Shown here in pieces: positions 27,629 to 37,727 of a stretch of DNA of 55,229 nt. The notes beneath the pieces were generated by a model, which had not been told where the DNA came from, did no database searches, and worked only from the letters and a program-made list of their open reading frames with translations. Each line of letters begins with the position of its first letter. Position 1 is the first letter of the stretch. The position numbers and the translations under genes are program-made. Origin of the DNA: an uncultured virus (IMG/VR IMGVR_UViG_3300012147_000007) (lineage: Duplodnaviria > Heunggongvirae > Uroviricota > Caudoviricetes); IMG/VR virus record IMGVR_UViG_3300012147_000007, positions 62,001 to 117,229 of that record; one strand, given 5' to 3'.

Positions 27629-30600
27629 TTATGTAACAATCGTTGTATCATCAACAATAATACTCTGAAGGTCTCTACCATTAAGCTTAAGGTCAATTTG
27701 AATCTTTTGAGTTCCACCGCTCTTTCCGCCACCTTCTCCAACTTTACTAAGTTTAGCAAGAGCTTCAGCGATTTTATTAATTGAGTCTCCCATAAGACCT
27801 CCTCCTATAGCGCCAATTGCCATAGACCAAGAAAGATTTCTAAGCATCTCAAGTTTTTCAAGGTCAAGACTGCTTGTTGCAGACATCAACCTTTCAAGAC
27901 CTTCAGCCATCCTATCCAACCCATCTGCAGCAGCAGGAAGCGTTTCTCCAAGCGGAGCCATTACAGCGGCAAGACCAGAAAGGGTTCCAATCATCATAAG
28001 CATACCAAGAAGTAATATTGGATTAAGGAACATAAGCCCAGCAAATCCAAATCCAATTAAACCTGGAACTATGCCGAGAAGAGCGTCTCCCATTTTTGAG
28101 AAAGCTGTCCAATCCACAGCAGAAACCATAGTAGCCGCAACAGCAATGCCCATAAGCCCTAAAGAACCAAGCATCAACGCTGGAGCTGCCATCATAAGAG
28201 CAAGCCCACCAAGCAATAAACCTGGCGCTGCTAATAATAAATTCCAACCAAGGTCACCAAGCCACCCGAACTCCATTCCCTGCATTGCTGCAGCTGCAGC
28301 AGAAAATACCATAAGAGAAGCTCCAAACGCCATCAAAGCAATACCAACAGCGACTAAACCAAGAGCTCCAATTAATAAAAACATTCCAGCTGGAGTTGAT
28401 AATAATAGACCAAGACCTATCAAGGTGACAACTGTTCCTAATAACATTAACACCGCCATACCAACAGCACTCCAGTTAACTTCTGTAAATAACCCAAGAG
28501 CAAATGCAAACGGAATCAAAGACGCTCCAATTAAGACCATCATAAGTGCCCCTTTCATAATACCCTTAGCCCTACCAAGCGTTGATATACCTCTTGCGAG
28601 AGATTGAAATCCGAATACCACCAATTTACCTAACGCTCCAACAGCAGCCATAAGAAAAAGAGTTGGCATACCTGGAAGCATCATTAACAATGCTGGCCCA
28701 GCAAGCGCTGTAGCAAGCACACCTTTCATTACAGTTCCAAAATCTGTACCCATTGCTTTAAGACCTTTAGCAAGCCTTTCTAATCCTGTCTCACCTTTTC
28801 CTTGTGGTGCAGAATCTGTAGCGCCAGCGCCAGGAACCTCAGGAGCCGCACTTTGCGCCATCTCTTTTCCTTTTCCGATTCCCAATTTACCCATAAGACT
28901 TTTTCCGCCAGATGCCATAGCTTTAAATCCATCAAGAGATTTTCCAAGCATAGGAGCTGCGGCTACAAACGCAAGAAGAGCTGCGGCCACATACTTAAGA
29001 GGCCCTGGCATTCCCATAATACCTTGAATGAACGATGTCAAAACGTCCAGCACTGGCTGAAACAAAGTAAACATATTCATTATAGTATTTTTAAACGCAT
29101 CTATACTCTCTTGGAACGATTGATTTGCTTTAGCTTGCTCTTCAAGCGTTTTGGTGTCATCCATTTTTTTCTGAATAAGCTGTTGTGCCTGGTCTGCTGT
29201 CAAATCTTCAAGACTTGCTATTCCCATTTCATCAAGCATACCGCCTTCAAGAGCTTTACCATTAACATCTACAGAATCAAGAAGCATATTATTCATCATA
29301 TCTTGGTCAAGAGGCTTTCCGTCTGGACCCATAACTTCTTCCAGCTGCATATCTGGTAAGAAATCCATTTTCTTATTATCTTCCGCATTCTTTTGAATCA
29401 TCTTCTGAATAGAATCCATTGACTGACCTGTTGCGTCAGCAACTATTTGAAGACGGTCAACATCAATTGCATCAAAAGAGAATGTTCCATCTTCTGCAAA
29501 CGAACCTATGTCATCACCCATTGTAGTAAGAATCTTTTGAAGCTCTTCTGGGCCTTTACGAGCTGCAGAAAGCAAATCCATTGGATTAATAGCCGCAAAC
29601 GAACCACCAGCAAGCTGAAGTTGTGATGCCATATCCATGGCTCCTTCTATATTTCTTGCCTTAGCTGCAACATCAAATATCTCATCAACATTCATACGAA
29701 GCCTTTCAGCAGTTGCAACCATTCTTGTCAAAGACTCTTCGCCACCCTGGAATCCCATCTGACGCATTTTATCAATATTTCTTGCAACACCTTGCAGGAC
29801 TTTTTTGGTATTAACTCCAAACAACTTAGCCATCTTATTTGAACCTTCCATATATTCTTCCACTTCTCCTGCAGACTGCCCAGCTCTCATCATCTCTCCT
29901 GCAATCTTAGAAACCTCTTCAGAAGAAATTCCAGTAGCCTTTTGAATTGCTACAAAGTGCTCAGTTGCCGAAGCTAAATATTGAGTATCAATTGTTCTAA
30001 GTTCTTCACCAAGAGCTCCCATTAATGCGACTGTATCTTTAGTTGACATATTAAACTCAGCAGCCTTACTGGTAAGCTCTGTCATCTGAACTACATTGGA
30101 ACTATCGAATACAAGACCAAAATCCTTTTGAGCATCCTTAAATGCTTGATTGGTTTGTTTCATGTGGTCAAATATAGACTTAAACGCATTTCCAGAGTTT
30201 TTTTCGACCATGCTCCACATGTTCTTTCTAATGCTTGTTTCGGTCTTCATTTGATTTGCAGACTCAGCTTGTAAATTATTTAACACAGCTTGTCCGTCAG
30301 ACATTTGTTGAGTCAATCCAAGCAATTCTTGTTTTGCCTTAGCATCAAGAGAGTCGGTTGCAAGTATTTGCTCTACAGCATCAAGCTCTCCGTTTCTAAG
30401 ACTTTCTATCATAGACATCTTATCTGCAATAGAACTAAGAGGTAATTCGTCTAATATATCGCTTATTTCTTTGTTTGCATCAAGCCAATCGTTAAAATGG
30501 GTTTCATTTTTACTATTAAAATCCTCTTTGTTTTTATGAAAATCATCATGAAGTTTTACCAGCTGTTCGAATTCATCCTTTTGGTCTCCTTGTAATTTGT

Positions 30601-31009
30601 TTATATCACCCCCAAGAGTTTTCATTCTATCTTGAACTTCTGATATATTAGTAAACTCTTGAGAAAGTTTTGATGCGTCAATAGAATTAAGAGATGCGGC
30701 AAATAAATCAGAAGATGATTTAACAGTCTTAAATGCGCCTTCTAAATTTAGAATTTGATTTGCCGCTTCAGATATGGCAGCTTTTTGACCTTCTATTGAC
30801 TTCTTAGCGTCATTGATTAATTTAATTTCTTTTAATCTTTCTTCTTGAGTCTTTTTGGTTTGAGTCATGAAACCGCTAAAAGCAATACCCATTTCATTAG
30901 CAAGACTCGAAGCGGCCTGCTCTTGAGATTGAATTCTTTTGTTTATTGCATCGAGTGAATCTTGATAGGCTTTTGCCTTTTTCAGATTATCGTCCATATT
31001 GTCAGCCAT
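27629..31009 (-). CDS. Tail tape measure protein
   Basis: 1126 aa helical A/Q/M-rich protein with multi-TM Ala/Gly/Leu C-terminal third ending IQIDLKLNGRDL; heads the baseplate genes. Confidence 0.88.
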   Translation of the reverse strand: MADNMDDNLKKAKAYQDSLDAINKRIQSQEQAASSLANEMGIAFSGFMTQTKKTQEERLKEIKLINDAKKSIEGQKAAISEAANQILNLEGAFKTVKSSSDLFAASLNSIDASKLSQEFTNISEVQDRMKTLGGDINKLQGDQKDEFEQLVKLHDDFHKNKEDFNSKNETHFNDWLDANKEISDILDELPLSSIADKMSMIESLRNGELDAVEQILATDSLDAKAKQELLGLTQQMSDGQAVLNNLQAESANQMKTETSIRKNMWSMVEKNSGNAFKSIFDHMKQTNQAFKDAQKDFGLVFDSSNVVQMTELTSKAAEFNMSTKDTVALMGALGEELRTIDTQYLASATEHFVAIQKATGISSEEVSKIAGEMMRAGQSAGEVEEYMEGSNKMAKLFGVNTKKVLQGVARNIDKMRQMGFQGGEESLTRMVATAERLRMNVDEIFDVAAKARNIEGAMDMASQLQLAGGSFAAINPMDLLSAARKGPEELQKILTTMGDDIGSFAEDGTFSFDAIDVDRLQIVADATGQSMDSIQKMIQKNAEDNKKMDFLPDMQLEEVMGPDGKPLDQDMMNNMLLDSVDVNGKALEGGMLDEMGIASLEDLTADQAQQLIQKKMDDTKTLEEQAKANQSFQESIDAFKNTIMNMFTLFQPVLDVLTSFIQGIMGMPGPLKYVAAALLAFVAAAPMLGKSLDGFKAMASGGKSLMGKLGIGKGKEMAQSAAPEVPGAGATDSAPQGKGETGLERLAKGLKAMGTDFGTVMKGVLATALAGPALLMMLPGMPTLFLMAAVGALGKLVVFGFQSLARGISTLGRAKGIMKGALMMVLIGASLIPFAFALGLFTEVNWSAVGMAVLMLLGTVVTLIGLGLLLSTPAGMFLLIGALGLVAVGIALMAFGASLMVFSAAAAAMQGMEFGWLGDLGWNLLLAAPGLLLGGLALMMAAPALMLGSLGLMGIAVAATMVSAVDWTAFSKMGDALLGIVPGLIGFGFAGLMFLNPILLLGMLMMIGTLSGLAAVMAPLGETLPAAADGLDRMAEGLERLMSATSSLDLEKLEMLRNLSWSMAIGAIGGGLMGDSINKIAEALAKLSKVGEGGGKSGGTQKIQIDLKLNGRDLQSIIVDDTTIVT

Positions 31010-31037
31010 GCTCTTCTTTTATTATAAATAAATAATA

Positions 31038-31068
31038 AAAAAAAAGCTGCCCAAATTAAAGGGCAGCT
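31038..31068 (-). terminator. Intrinsic terminator
   Basis: AGCTGCCC-8 nt-GGGCAGCT followed by a U8 tract on the minus strand. Confidence 0.8.
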
Positions 31069-31090
31069 GACTATATTATATTTATATTTT

Positions 31091-31579
31091 TTAAGAATTC
31101 ATAAAACCTTTATACACTTTAGCTGGGTTGCTGTTTCCAACTGTGGCGTTAAAACCTGTTACCGCTTTTTTAAACACTGGACTTCCAGACTTAGCGCCAT
31201 CCCTCATAACGTCAAGGTTAGCTGTTTTTTGGTAAATATTAAAAGCTTCCTTGTCGTCTTTGTGAGACATGATATTGTCTCTATGAGCAATAACTCTATC
31301 TAAAGAATTAGTGTCTGCTCTATTTTCTGAATCTCCAAACATTCTGAAGAAAGAAATAAAGTAAGGAATTCCAAATGGCAAAAGAAAACCTAAAGTCATG
31401 CCAATACCATTATCTTCAAGTACTGATTGGATAACCTTTGGGTCAATAGCTCCGAATATAAAATAAATCATTAAATTATATCCAATAAAAGCAATTATTG
31501 TAAGATTAAAAGGAATTACATAAAACCAGTACATAAGCACTTTAGCAATTGTAAGTAATATATTTTTAATAGTATTCAT
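31091..31579 (-). CDS. Hypothetical membrane protein (2-3 TM)
   Basis: Hydrophobic N-terminal half; no TATTTAT motif upstream. Confidence 0.75.
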   Translation of the reverse strand: MNTIKNILLTIAKVLMYWFYVIPFNLTIIAFIGYNLMIYFIFGAIDPKVIQSVLEDNGIGMTLGFLLPFGIPYFISFFRMFGDSENRADTNSLDRVIAHRDNIMSHKDDKEAFNIYQKTANLDVMRDGAKSGSPVFKKAVTGFNATVGNSNPAKVYKGFMNS

Positions 31580-31622
31580 AACATTTTTAATTATTGGTTC
31601 TATATTCTTATACGATAAAACT

Positions 31623-33140
31623 TTAAAAATGTTCTAAATTTTGTGAAATAATTTCACGAACAGCCTCTTGAAGGGTTCTTGCTTTCTTTTTTACTGGGTT
31701 TGTTTTATTTGACGCAGCAGAGCTTGCGCCTGGTACAACAGGTTGATTTTCATCTTCAATTCCTAAAAACCTCTTAATTCCAGACTTAGCCATATTTTTC
31801 ACCTCATCATTAGAAACATCATGAATTCCATCCTTCTTCCTAACCTTAAGAACCATAGTGTCTACGAAGTTTTTAAGCATAGATTCAATACGAAACATTG
31901 AGCCGTCAAGATTTTGGTCTAATACAGACTTTTCTTTTTCTTTTGATGCTGGTCCTATTAAATTTGAAAGATATGGATATTTAGCTGGAGCGCCATCTAA
32001 CACGTTATTTTTAAGAGCAGACTTAAGAGTTGTAAGGTCTGCTCTTAATATTTTATTCTCAAGATTTTTTACAGTATCCTTATACCCTTTTAGTTGGTCA
32101 TTGTTTGTAAAGTTAAAAAATACTTTACCTAAATTATTTTTATATTGACCTCTCTTTCCTTTTATGGCAATAGGTTGTCCTGGAATATCTTTGATTCCGA
32201 ACAAAGGAGCTTTAATCAGCTCAAAACTCTCTTGGTGAGCAGCAAGCTCTTCTGGAGACATTTCTTTTTCTCCACCAGCCGTAACAACCTCTGGCTCATA
32301 AGAAGTGTTTTCATCAACCACAACTTTTATTACAGAAGATGTAAAATCAAGCTTAAACTTTTCTTTAAATAAAACTGGTATCTGTGTGTTACTAAAAACA
32401 GTATTGCTTACAAACTCTCCTTTTGTATTACCTCTCAAATAAGGCCACTTAACAGCAAGCTTAAACACCTCTTTTGTTATTCCATTTTTAACTTGGAATT
32501 GGAAAATAGAATTTTTATCATCCAACCTCTTTATGACAGCTATTTCATGAACAGTTCCATCTTTTAATTGAATGGTGATTTTACTGCCTGGCAGCACTCT
32601 AATAATGTTAAATTCGAACTTATTCTGATTGAATATTTTCATGTTTTTTTGCCCAAGAATTGTTTCAGACTCCTTAGTTGTCCCGTCTACAAAAGCAAAT
32701 GGCGTAGTTAACCACTCAGCTCCTGGTCCAAATTGACCAACAAACGAATCTCCAGCAAACTTACCTCTAATGAATTTTCCACCTCTAAAGTTTCCAGATT
32801 CAAAAAGACAATTCTTAACAGAAGTTATTGCTCTACTACTTCCTTTTCCCTCTATTTGGATTGCGTCCGCCTTAAAAGTAGAATTAGATAACCAATTTAT
32901 GTTTTTGTTTGACCAGTCCAACTTAGTCCATGCACCATAATTAGGCAAAGGGTTGGCAATCATACTTTTTGTATTAGGGAAAATAATTTTATGGTCAGGA
33001 GATATTACAATCACATCATCATGATATAAAGCCTCAGATGAACCCGTTTCTTTTTTCTTAAAAGGGTTACTAAAAACCTCTTCAAACGCTTGATTTGCGC
33101 TCTCTCTTAAATTTTGTAGTTTATTTGATTGTTCTTCCAT
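31623..33140 (-). CDS. Hypothetical protein, probable virion component, with short GxF repeats
   Basis: 505 aa; FESGNFRGGKFIRGKFAGDSFVGQFG; TATTTATT motif upstream. Confidence 0.75.
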   Translation of the reverse strand: MEEQSNKLQNLRESANQAFEEVFSNPFKKKETGSSEALYHDDVIVISPDHKIIFPNTKSMIANPLPNYGAWTKLDWSNKNINWLSNSTFKADAIQIEGKGSSRAITSVKNCLFESGNFRGGKFIRGKFAGDSFVGQFGPGAEWLTTPFAFVDGTTKESETILGQKNMKIFNQNKFEFNIIRVLPGSKITIQLKDGTVHEIAVIKRLDDKNSIFQFQVKNGITKEVFKLAVKWPYLRGNTKGEFVSNTVFSNTQIPVLFKEKFKLDFTSSVIKVVVDENTSYEPEVVTAGGEKEMSPEELAAHQESFELIKAPLFGIKDIPGQPIAIKGKRGQYKNNLGKVFFNFTNNDQLKGYKDTVKNLENKILRADLTTLKSALKNNVLDGAPAKYPYLSNLIGPASKEKEKSVLDQNLDGSMFRIESMLKNFVDTMVLKVRKKDGIHDVSNDEVKNMAKSGIKRFLGIEDENQPVVPGASSAASNKTNPVKKKARTLQEAVREIISQNLEHF

Positions 33141-33195
33141 TTCAAAGAATAGTTTAATAATAAATAGGTTATTTTTTTAAATAAACACCTAATCA

Positions 33196-34269
33196 TTATC
33201 TACTCTTTGACTTTGATTTAGCTGCTCTGTGCGCTTTTTCTTCAGCTTCTTTTTTCTTAGTAAGCTCTTCGTTAATTCTATTTAGCAACCATCGCCTTTC
33301 TGTAACTGGCATTTTCTTTGCACTCTCATGACTAATTCCTTTTCCATAATATGAAACAAGAAAACACTCTTCTTGAACGTTTTCTCTAAATGTTGGCGGA
33401 AATGCAAGGAAGCTATGTGTTCCCCCAAAGTTTATCGCATTCTCTTTACCGCAAGAACCACACCTATGCTTAATAACAGTGTCTACTCCTGGAGTTGCTT
33501 TTTCAACAAACTTCTTAACTCTCCTTATTTGAGGAATAGTAAGCTTTCTGCACACTTGAGATATAACCATTTTGTCTTCGCAGTCATTTATTGAATGTGT
33601 CATGTAAATTAACTTATCCAAACTACTTAGATTTGCTTTTTCCATCCCAACTTCTTCAAAGTAAGTAAGCGGCTTAAACATAAATATAAGCTCAGTGTCA
33701 GCCAGCAACATTGGTATTAGACCATTCTCTGGAGGAGCGACTATATCTTTCATCTGAAATGATGACAACCTAATTGGAACTTCCTCTTCAAAGCTGCAGT
33801 GATGACAATTAAGTTCAAGCTCAAGAGTGTCGCCATAAGCATATGAACGCAAGAACAACCCAATAGCTTGAACGTCTCCAGCTAATAAATCTTTTGGGTC
33901 TATATTTTGCTCCACAAGAATATTCTTAAGAACAAACTCCATTGCCTTTCCAGACTCCACAAGGAACTCGCTGGTGAGAAGATTTTCCTCAACGTAAGTC
34001 AATTGATTTAAAAGAAGGTGGTTTTCTTTGCTTGGATAAAAAAGGCCTCTTGAGGGTATGAATAACATCTCAAAAGGCCTCTCTATATTTTTGTCTTTTT
34101 TCTCTTGTTGAATTAGAGCTGAAAGATTTCTTACTTCATCTGTGTTCTCACTAAACTTTTGCTTCAGTTCATCAAGAGAAACTAAAATGTTAGTATCCTT
34201 ATTTTTTTCTACAACCTCTTTTAAATCATCAATTGACTTTATTACCTTATCTTGATGATTCTCTGACAT
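33196..34269 (-). CDS. T4 gp26-like baseplate hub assembly protein with gp51-like C-terminal extension
   Basis: IPSRGLFY, LTYVEENLL, GDVQAI..FLR..AYG, CHHC, CGSCG, then MPVTERRWLL. Confidence 0.72.
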   Translation of the reverse strand: MSENHQDKVIKSIDDLKEVVEKNKDTNILVSLDELKQKFSENTDEVRNLSALIQQEKKDKNIERPFEMLFIPSRGLFYPSKENHLLLNQLTYVEENLLTSEFLVESGKAMEFVLKNILVEQNIDPKDLLAGDVQAIGLFLRSYAYGDTLELELNCHHCSFEEEVPIRLSSFQMKDIVAPPENGLIPMLLADTELIFMFKPLTYFEEVGMEKANLSSLDKLIYMTHSINDCEDKMVISQVCRKLTIPQIRRVKKFVEKATPGVDTVIKHRCGSCGKENAINFGGTHSFLAFPPTFRENVQEECFLVSYYGKGISHESAKKMPVTERRWLLNRINEELTKKKEAEEKAHRAAKSKSKSR

Positions 34270-34270
34270 A

Positions 34271-35200
34271 TTAATCTAAGTCTGGGTAGAACAATTTAGG
34301 AGTAATTGGAATATCTTTAATATCTAATTCTCCGCACACTGGACACTCGAACTCATAAGAAAGGTCTAATCCTGGCTCAATTCTTCTTACGTATTCTCTA
34401 AAGAATCCAGAATCCTTCATTGGCATTGCAGCGATAAACTTTTTAATATAAAGCTTATCTCTATTTCCATTTACTTCCATTATTTGCATAATGTACTTTT
34501 CAGTTACAAGCTTAGAAACTCTAATTCCACCACTTTTTCCACCTTTTACTTCAGAAAGTTTTGCTAACCTTTTTTCATCAGTTCCAGTAAGCAATCTAAA
34601 TCTTATTCTCATTTTCATAAGAGGAAGTTCTACTTCGTATTCTCCATCTGAGTCTGGCATAATCTCAAGAGGCTTTGATTTAAGCTTAGAAAGATTAATT
34701 GTTGGCTCATGCACTTGTCCACAAGAAGGGCAAGTAATTTCTCCTGGAACATAATCGTTTCCAAGTCCAGTCTTTCTTATTTCAACAAGAAGAAAGTTTC
34801 TGTCACCAGAAAGCATGCTTTCAGGTCTAAGGTCTTTATCCATAACAGCTTTGTCAAGAAGTACATCTAATACTTTTCCTGACTTAATAAGGTCTGGAGA
34901 ATAAAGAATATCATCTTCCTCTGCTGTAAGATACTTAATTGTAACTGTTTTTTTACCATTTGCATAGAATGCTCCACCTGATGGTAATTCTACCTCTTCG
35001 GTTGGAACTTGAAATTCCATGTCAAGATATTCATCTGGGATATTGTGCTCCTTAGCAACTTCTTGCTTTTTTTCAATTGGAGCTTGCTCGTTTTGATTTG
35101 TTGGAATGTTTGTTCCAGCAGTTTCTCTTCCTGGAATTTCTTTCCCTGAAGGTTGTGTGTTGGAGTTAGTTCCTCCTAATCTTATTTGGTCATCGGCCAT
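34271..35200 (-). CDS. T4 gp26-like baseplate hub assembly protein
   Basis: VELPSGGAFY, KYLTAEEDDIL, GDRNFLL..IR..G.G.DY, CPSCG, FRLLTG.DE, CPVCG, FYP. Confidence 0.78.
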   Translation of the reverse strand: MADDQIRLGGTNSNTQPSGKEIPGRETAGTNIPTNQNEQAPIEKKQEVAKEHNIPDEYLDMEFQVPTEEVELPSGGAFYANGKKTVTIKYLTAEEDDILYSPDLIKSGKVLDVLLDKAVMDKDLRPESMLSGDRNFLLVEIRKTGLGNDYVPGEITCPSCGQVHEPTINLSKLKSKPLEIMPDSDGEYEVELPLMKMRIRFRLLTGTDEKRLAKLSEVKGGKSGGIRVSKLVTEKYIMQIMEVNGNRDKLYIKKFIAAMPMKDSGFFREYVRRIEPGLDLSYEFECPVCGELDIKDIPITPKLFYPDLD

Positions 35201-35280
35201 TACTTATCAGTTTTATGATTTCTAATAAATAATAAGCAATAAAAAAGTTAAACTAAATAAAAAATTATTTTTTGTTTCTC

Positions 35281-35640
35281 TTAGATTTGAGGGCTCGTTT
35301 GTGACTGACCATCAGTTTGAGTTTGTATCTGACTTTGCATTTGAGAAAACTTGACAGCATTTATTTCTGACTGCTTAGACATATCAAGCTCTTTCTTTTT
35401 CATTTCAAGCCTATCTTTTACAACTTTAGCCTGAGCAACTCTCGCATCTCTCTCGTCTCTTGGTAATCCAGAAACTCTTGAGTCAGCTTCTCTATATTTA
35501 AGTTCAATCTCAAGGTCTTTAATATATTCCTCATCAGATTTAATCATATCCTGACTTAGTTGCATTGGGTCTTCTTCCCCTATTTCCATCATAACCTTGT
35601 AGACTTCCTCTTTGATTATTTCTCTTAGTTGCTTATTCAT
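35281..35640 (-). CDS. Hypothetical coiled-coil protein, possible virion-internal protein
   Basis: N-terminal KQLREIIKEEV motif; overlaps the upstream stop by 8 nt. Confidence 0.75.
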   Translation of the reverse strand: MNKQLREIIKEEVYKVMMEIGEEDPMQLSQDMIKSDEEYIKDLEIELKYREADSRVSGLPRDERDARVAQAKVVKDRLEMKKKELDMSKQSEINAVKFSQMQSQIQTQTDGQSQTSPQI

Positions 35641-36112
35641 CTTTCAATAATTTTTTAAATCTCTTCCTTTGTGTTTTGTAATCATTATTAAGGTCATGCT
35701 CCCACACTCTCTCAATACTAAAACCATTTCCCTTTGCAAGTACGTCTTTAAACTTGTCGTTCTTTACGTTTCTAATTTGCATTTTATTCAAATCCTTTGA
35801 CTCGTATATTAATGGGTTTGCGTGATAATAATCCCCATCAACCTCAACCATCATATTCTTTGATGGTATGTAAAAGTCATATATCTTGTTTCCAAGAACT
35901 TTTTGTGTTTCAAATTTAATGTCAAGCTCTTCCATCATATCAGAAAAAATTCTCTCAGGAGCCGTCATTTTATTTGCCATTTTCTTGGCTTGTGACTCCA
36001 GTTTCTTTTTTTTCATCAACTTAGCAGCTTCAGGGCTTGCTTCCCTTCTGGCTTTTGCCATCGCCTTCTTGACCATTTGAGCATATGTCAACTTCTTTCT
36101 TTTCTTAGCCAT
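35633..36112 (-). CDS. DUF559/Vsr-like endonuclease
   Basis: MTAPERIF, YDFYIP...VEVDGDYYH, NDKFKD, RVWEHD. Confidence 0.85.
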   Translation of the reverse strand: MAKKRKKLTYAQMVKKAMAKARREASPEAAKLMKKKKLESQAKKMANKMTAPERIFSDMMEELDIKFETQKVLGNKIYDFYIPSKNMMVEVDGDYYHANPLIYESKDLNKMQIRNVKNDKFKDVLAKGNGFSIERVWEHDLNNDYKTQRKRFKKLLKDE

Positions 36113-36906
36113 TAAGCAAATCCTAATTTAGGAAGTATATTGCCTATATTTGCAAGACTAAACTCTCCAAGCTCTGCGCCTTTTGCTCCTGTTAAAATAC
36201 CTGGGTGCGCCAATCCGCCTGCGAACATAATAGCAACTCCTCCCATGAAAATACCATTTGCAGCCTTGTGAATTTGCGCCTTGTCAGCATTAGGCATAAA
36301 TGGAGCAATAGCCTTTTCTATAATAGCAATATACTTGTGATGTATTTTTTCTCCAGCCTTTGCTGTTTTTCCACCCCACTTCTGAAGCCACTGTGAATTC
36401 ATTTTCTTCCCTGTCCATTCTGCAGCTTTTCCGCCATACTTTAAGATAGCTGGAACTGCCATAGCTAAACCAAGAATACCACCTTCATTTAGGTCTTCTT
36501 CATTTAACCCTTCTCCTATTGCTCCCATGAACATAGACTCATTGAATGTTATTTCACTAATCATTCCTTCTTGAATTGGTTGAGCCCCAGTTTGTGCTGG
36601 CTGCGCTTGAGCATTGTTGTCATAAACGCCTGGAGCATCCAATGCACCATCCTTATCTCCTCCAGATTTTGCAAACTTAGCAAGAACAGAAGGAAGACCT
36701 TGTACTAACTTAGCCATTGCCTGGTCCATAGTTGCATCAATGTTTTGACCTATCTTTTGGTCTCTCTGTGGGTCTACAGCAGGTTTTTGAGCTTGCGCAG
36801 GCGCAGCGGGTGCTGCAGGAGCAACCTGTGCTTCATTAATTTTTGATTCTAATAAAGTTTTCATTTTATTAAAAGATTCCTCTACTATTTTCTTTTTATT
36901 ATTCAT
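36112..36906 (-). CDS. Hypothetical protein with Ala/Pro linker and hydrophobic C-terminal helices
   Basis: Likely ATG at 36906 after a TATTTATA motif; INE/LNE sites; GIFMGGVAIMFAGG. Confidence 0.75.
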   Translation of the reverse strand: MNNKKKIVEESFNKMKTLLESKINEAQVAPAAPAAPAQAQKPAVDPQRDQKIGQNIDATMDQAMAKLVQGLPSVLAKFAKSGGDKDGALDAPGVYDNNAQAQPAQTGAQPIQEGMISEITFNESMFMGAIGEGLNEEDLNEGGILGLAMAVPAILKYGGKAAEWTGKKMNSQWLQKWGGKTAKAGEKIHHKYIAIIEKAIAPFMPNADKAQIHKAANGIFMGGVAIMFAGGLAHPGILTGAKGAELGEFSLANIGNILPKLGFA

Positions 36907-37026
36907 GCGTATAACTTTATTATAAATATGAAATAAAAAGGTGTTCAATTACTAAAAAACGTATTTTATGCAAAAAAAAACCATATTTACATAAAAGGAA
37001 CAAAACTCTTTAAACACAACAGCACA

Positions 37027-37203
37027 ATGGAAATAATGGACACAGATTTTGATGATAATGCAAAATTAATCATAAAAGAATTGACTGAGGCTAACGAAAA
37101 CTTTGAAAAAGTTATCAAAAAATTACAACAGGCCAGAAACAAATTTATAAAAAAACACGAACCCATAGAAGCCTTAAAAACAAGTATTAAAAACAAAAGC
37201 TAA
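37027..37203 (+). CDS. Small coiled-coil protein (58 aa)
   Basis: Not in the ORF track; MEIMDTDFDDNAKLIIKELTEANENFEKVIKKLQQARNK...; TAATG-coupled to the PAS gene. Confidence 0.7.
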   Translation: MEIMDTDFDDNAKLIIKELTEANENFEKVIKKLQQARNKFIKKHEPIEALKTSIKNKS

Positions 37204-37727
37204 TGAATTCTGATGAAAATAAAGACATAAAAGGAAAATTAGACAGCGGACTAAATAGCCCAAAAAGCCTGAAAGCTTTAACTGAAAAACTAAACAACAG
37301 AGATAAAGATTTAGAAGAAGAAAGAGAAGTTTATAAATTCTTAGCAGAAAATTCTAACGATGGCTATTGGGACTGGAAAATGGATAAAGACATACCTTTT
37401 GAAGAGCAATATGAATATATGTCTCCAAGATTTTGGGAAATATTTGGATACTCGCCAGAAGAAAAAGAACACAAAGTTAAAGCGTGGATGGACATGATTA
37501 ACAAAGAAGATGGAGAGGCTGCTGTAGAAAATCTTAATAAGCACATAAAATCAAAAGGAAAAACGCCTTATAAACAAACAGTAAGGTACACACATAAAGA
37601 CGGAAGTACGGTTTGGGTACTTTGCAAGGGAGCGGTTGTAAAATGGAACGAAGATGGTAGTGCATCAAGAATGATTGGCACTCACACTGACGTTACTGAA
37701 ATAATGAATTCAAAAAACAATAAGTAA
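37203..37727 (+). CDS. Stand-alone PAS/PAC domain protein (PAS_3-like) with N-terminal coiled coil
   Basis: SNDGYWDW, YMSPRFWEIFGY, W.DMI..ED, RYTHKDGSTVWVLCKG, EDG..SRMIGTHTDVTE; no kinase or output domain. Confidence 0.9.
   Translation: MNSDENKDIKGKLDSGLNSPKSLKALTEKLNNRDKDLEEEREVYKFLAENSNDGYWDWKMDKDIPFEEQYEYMSPRFWEIFGYSPEEKEHKVKAWMDMINKEDGEAAVENLNKHIKSKGKTPYKQTVRYTHKDGSTVWVLCKGAVVKWNEDGSASRMIGTHTDVTEIMNSKNNK

Noticed and set aside
35633..36112. DUF559 gene as a mobile homing endonuclease
   Set aside because: Short, coupled on both sides, with no own motif, hairpin, stub or DNA-binding repeats; more likely a resident nuclease
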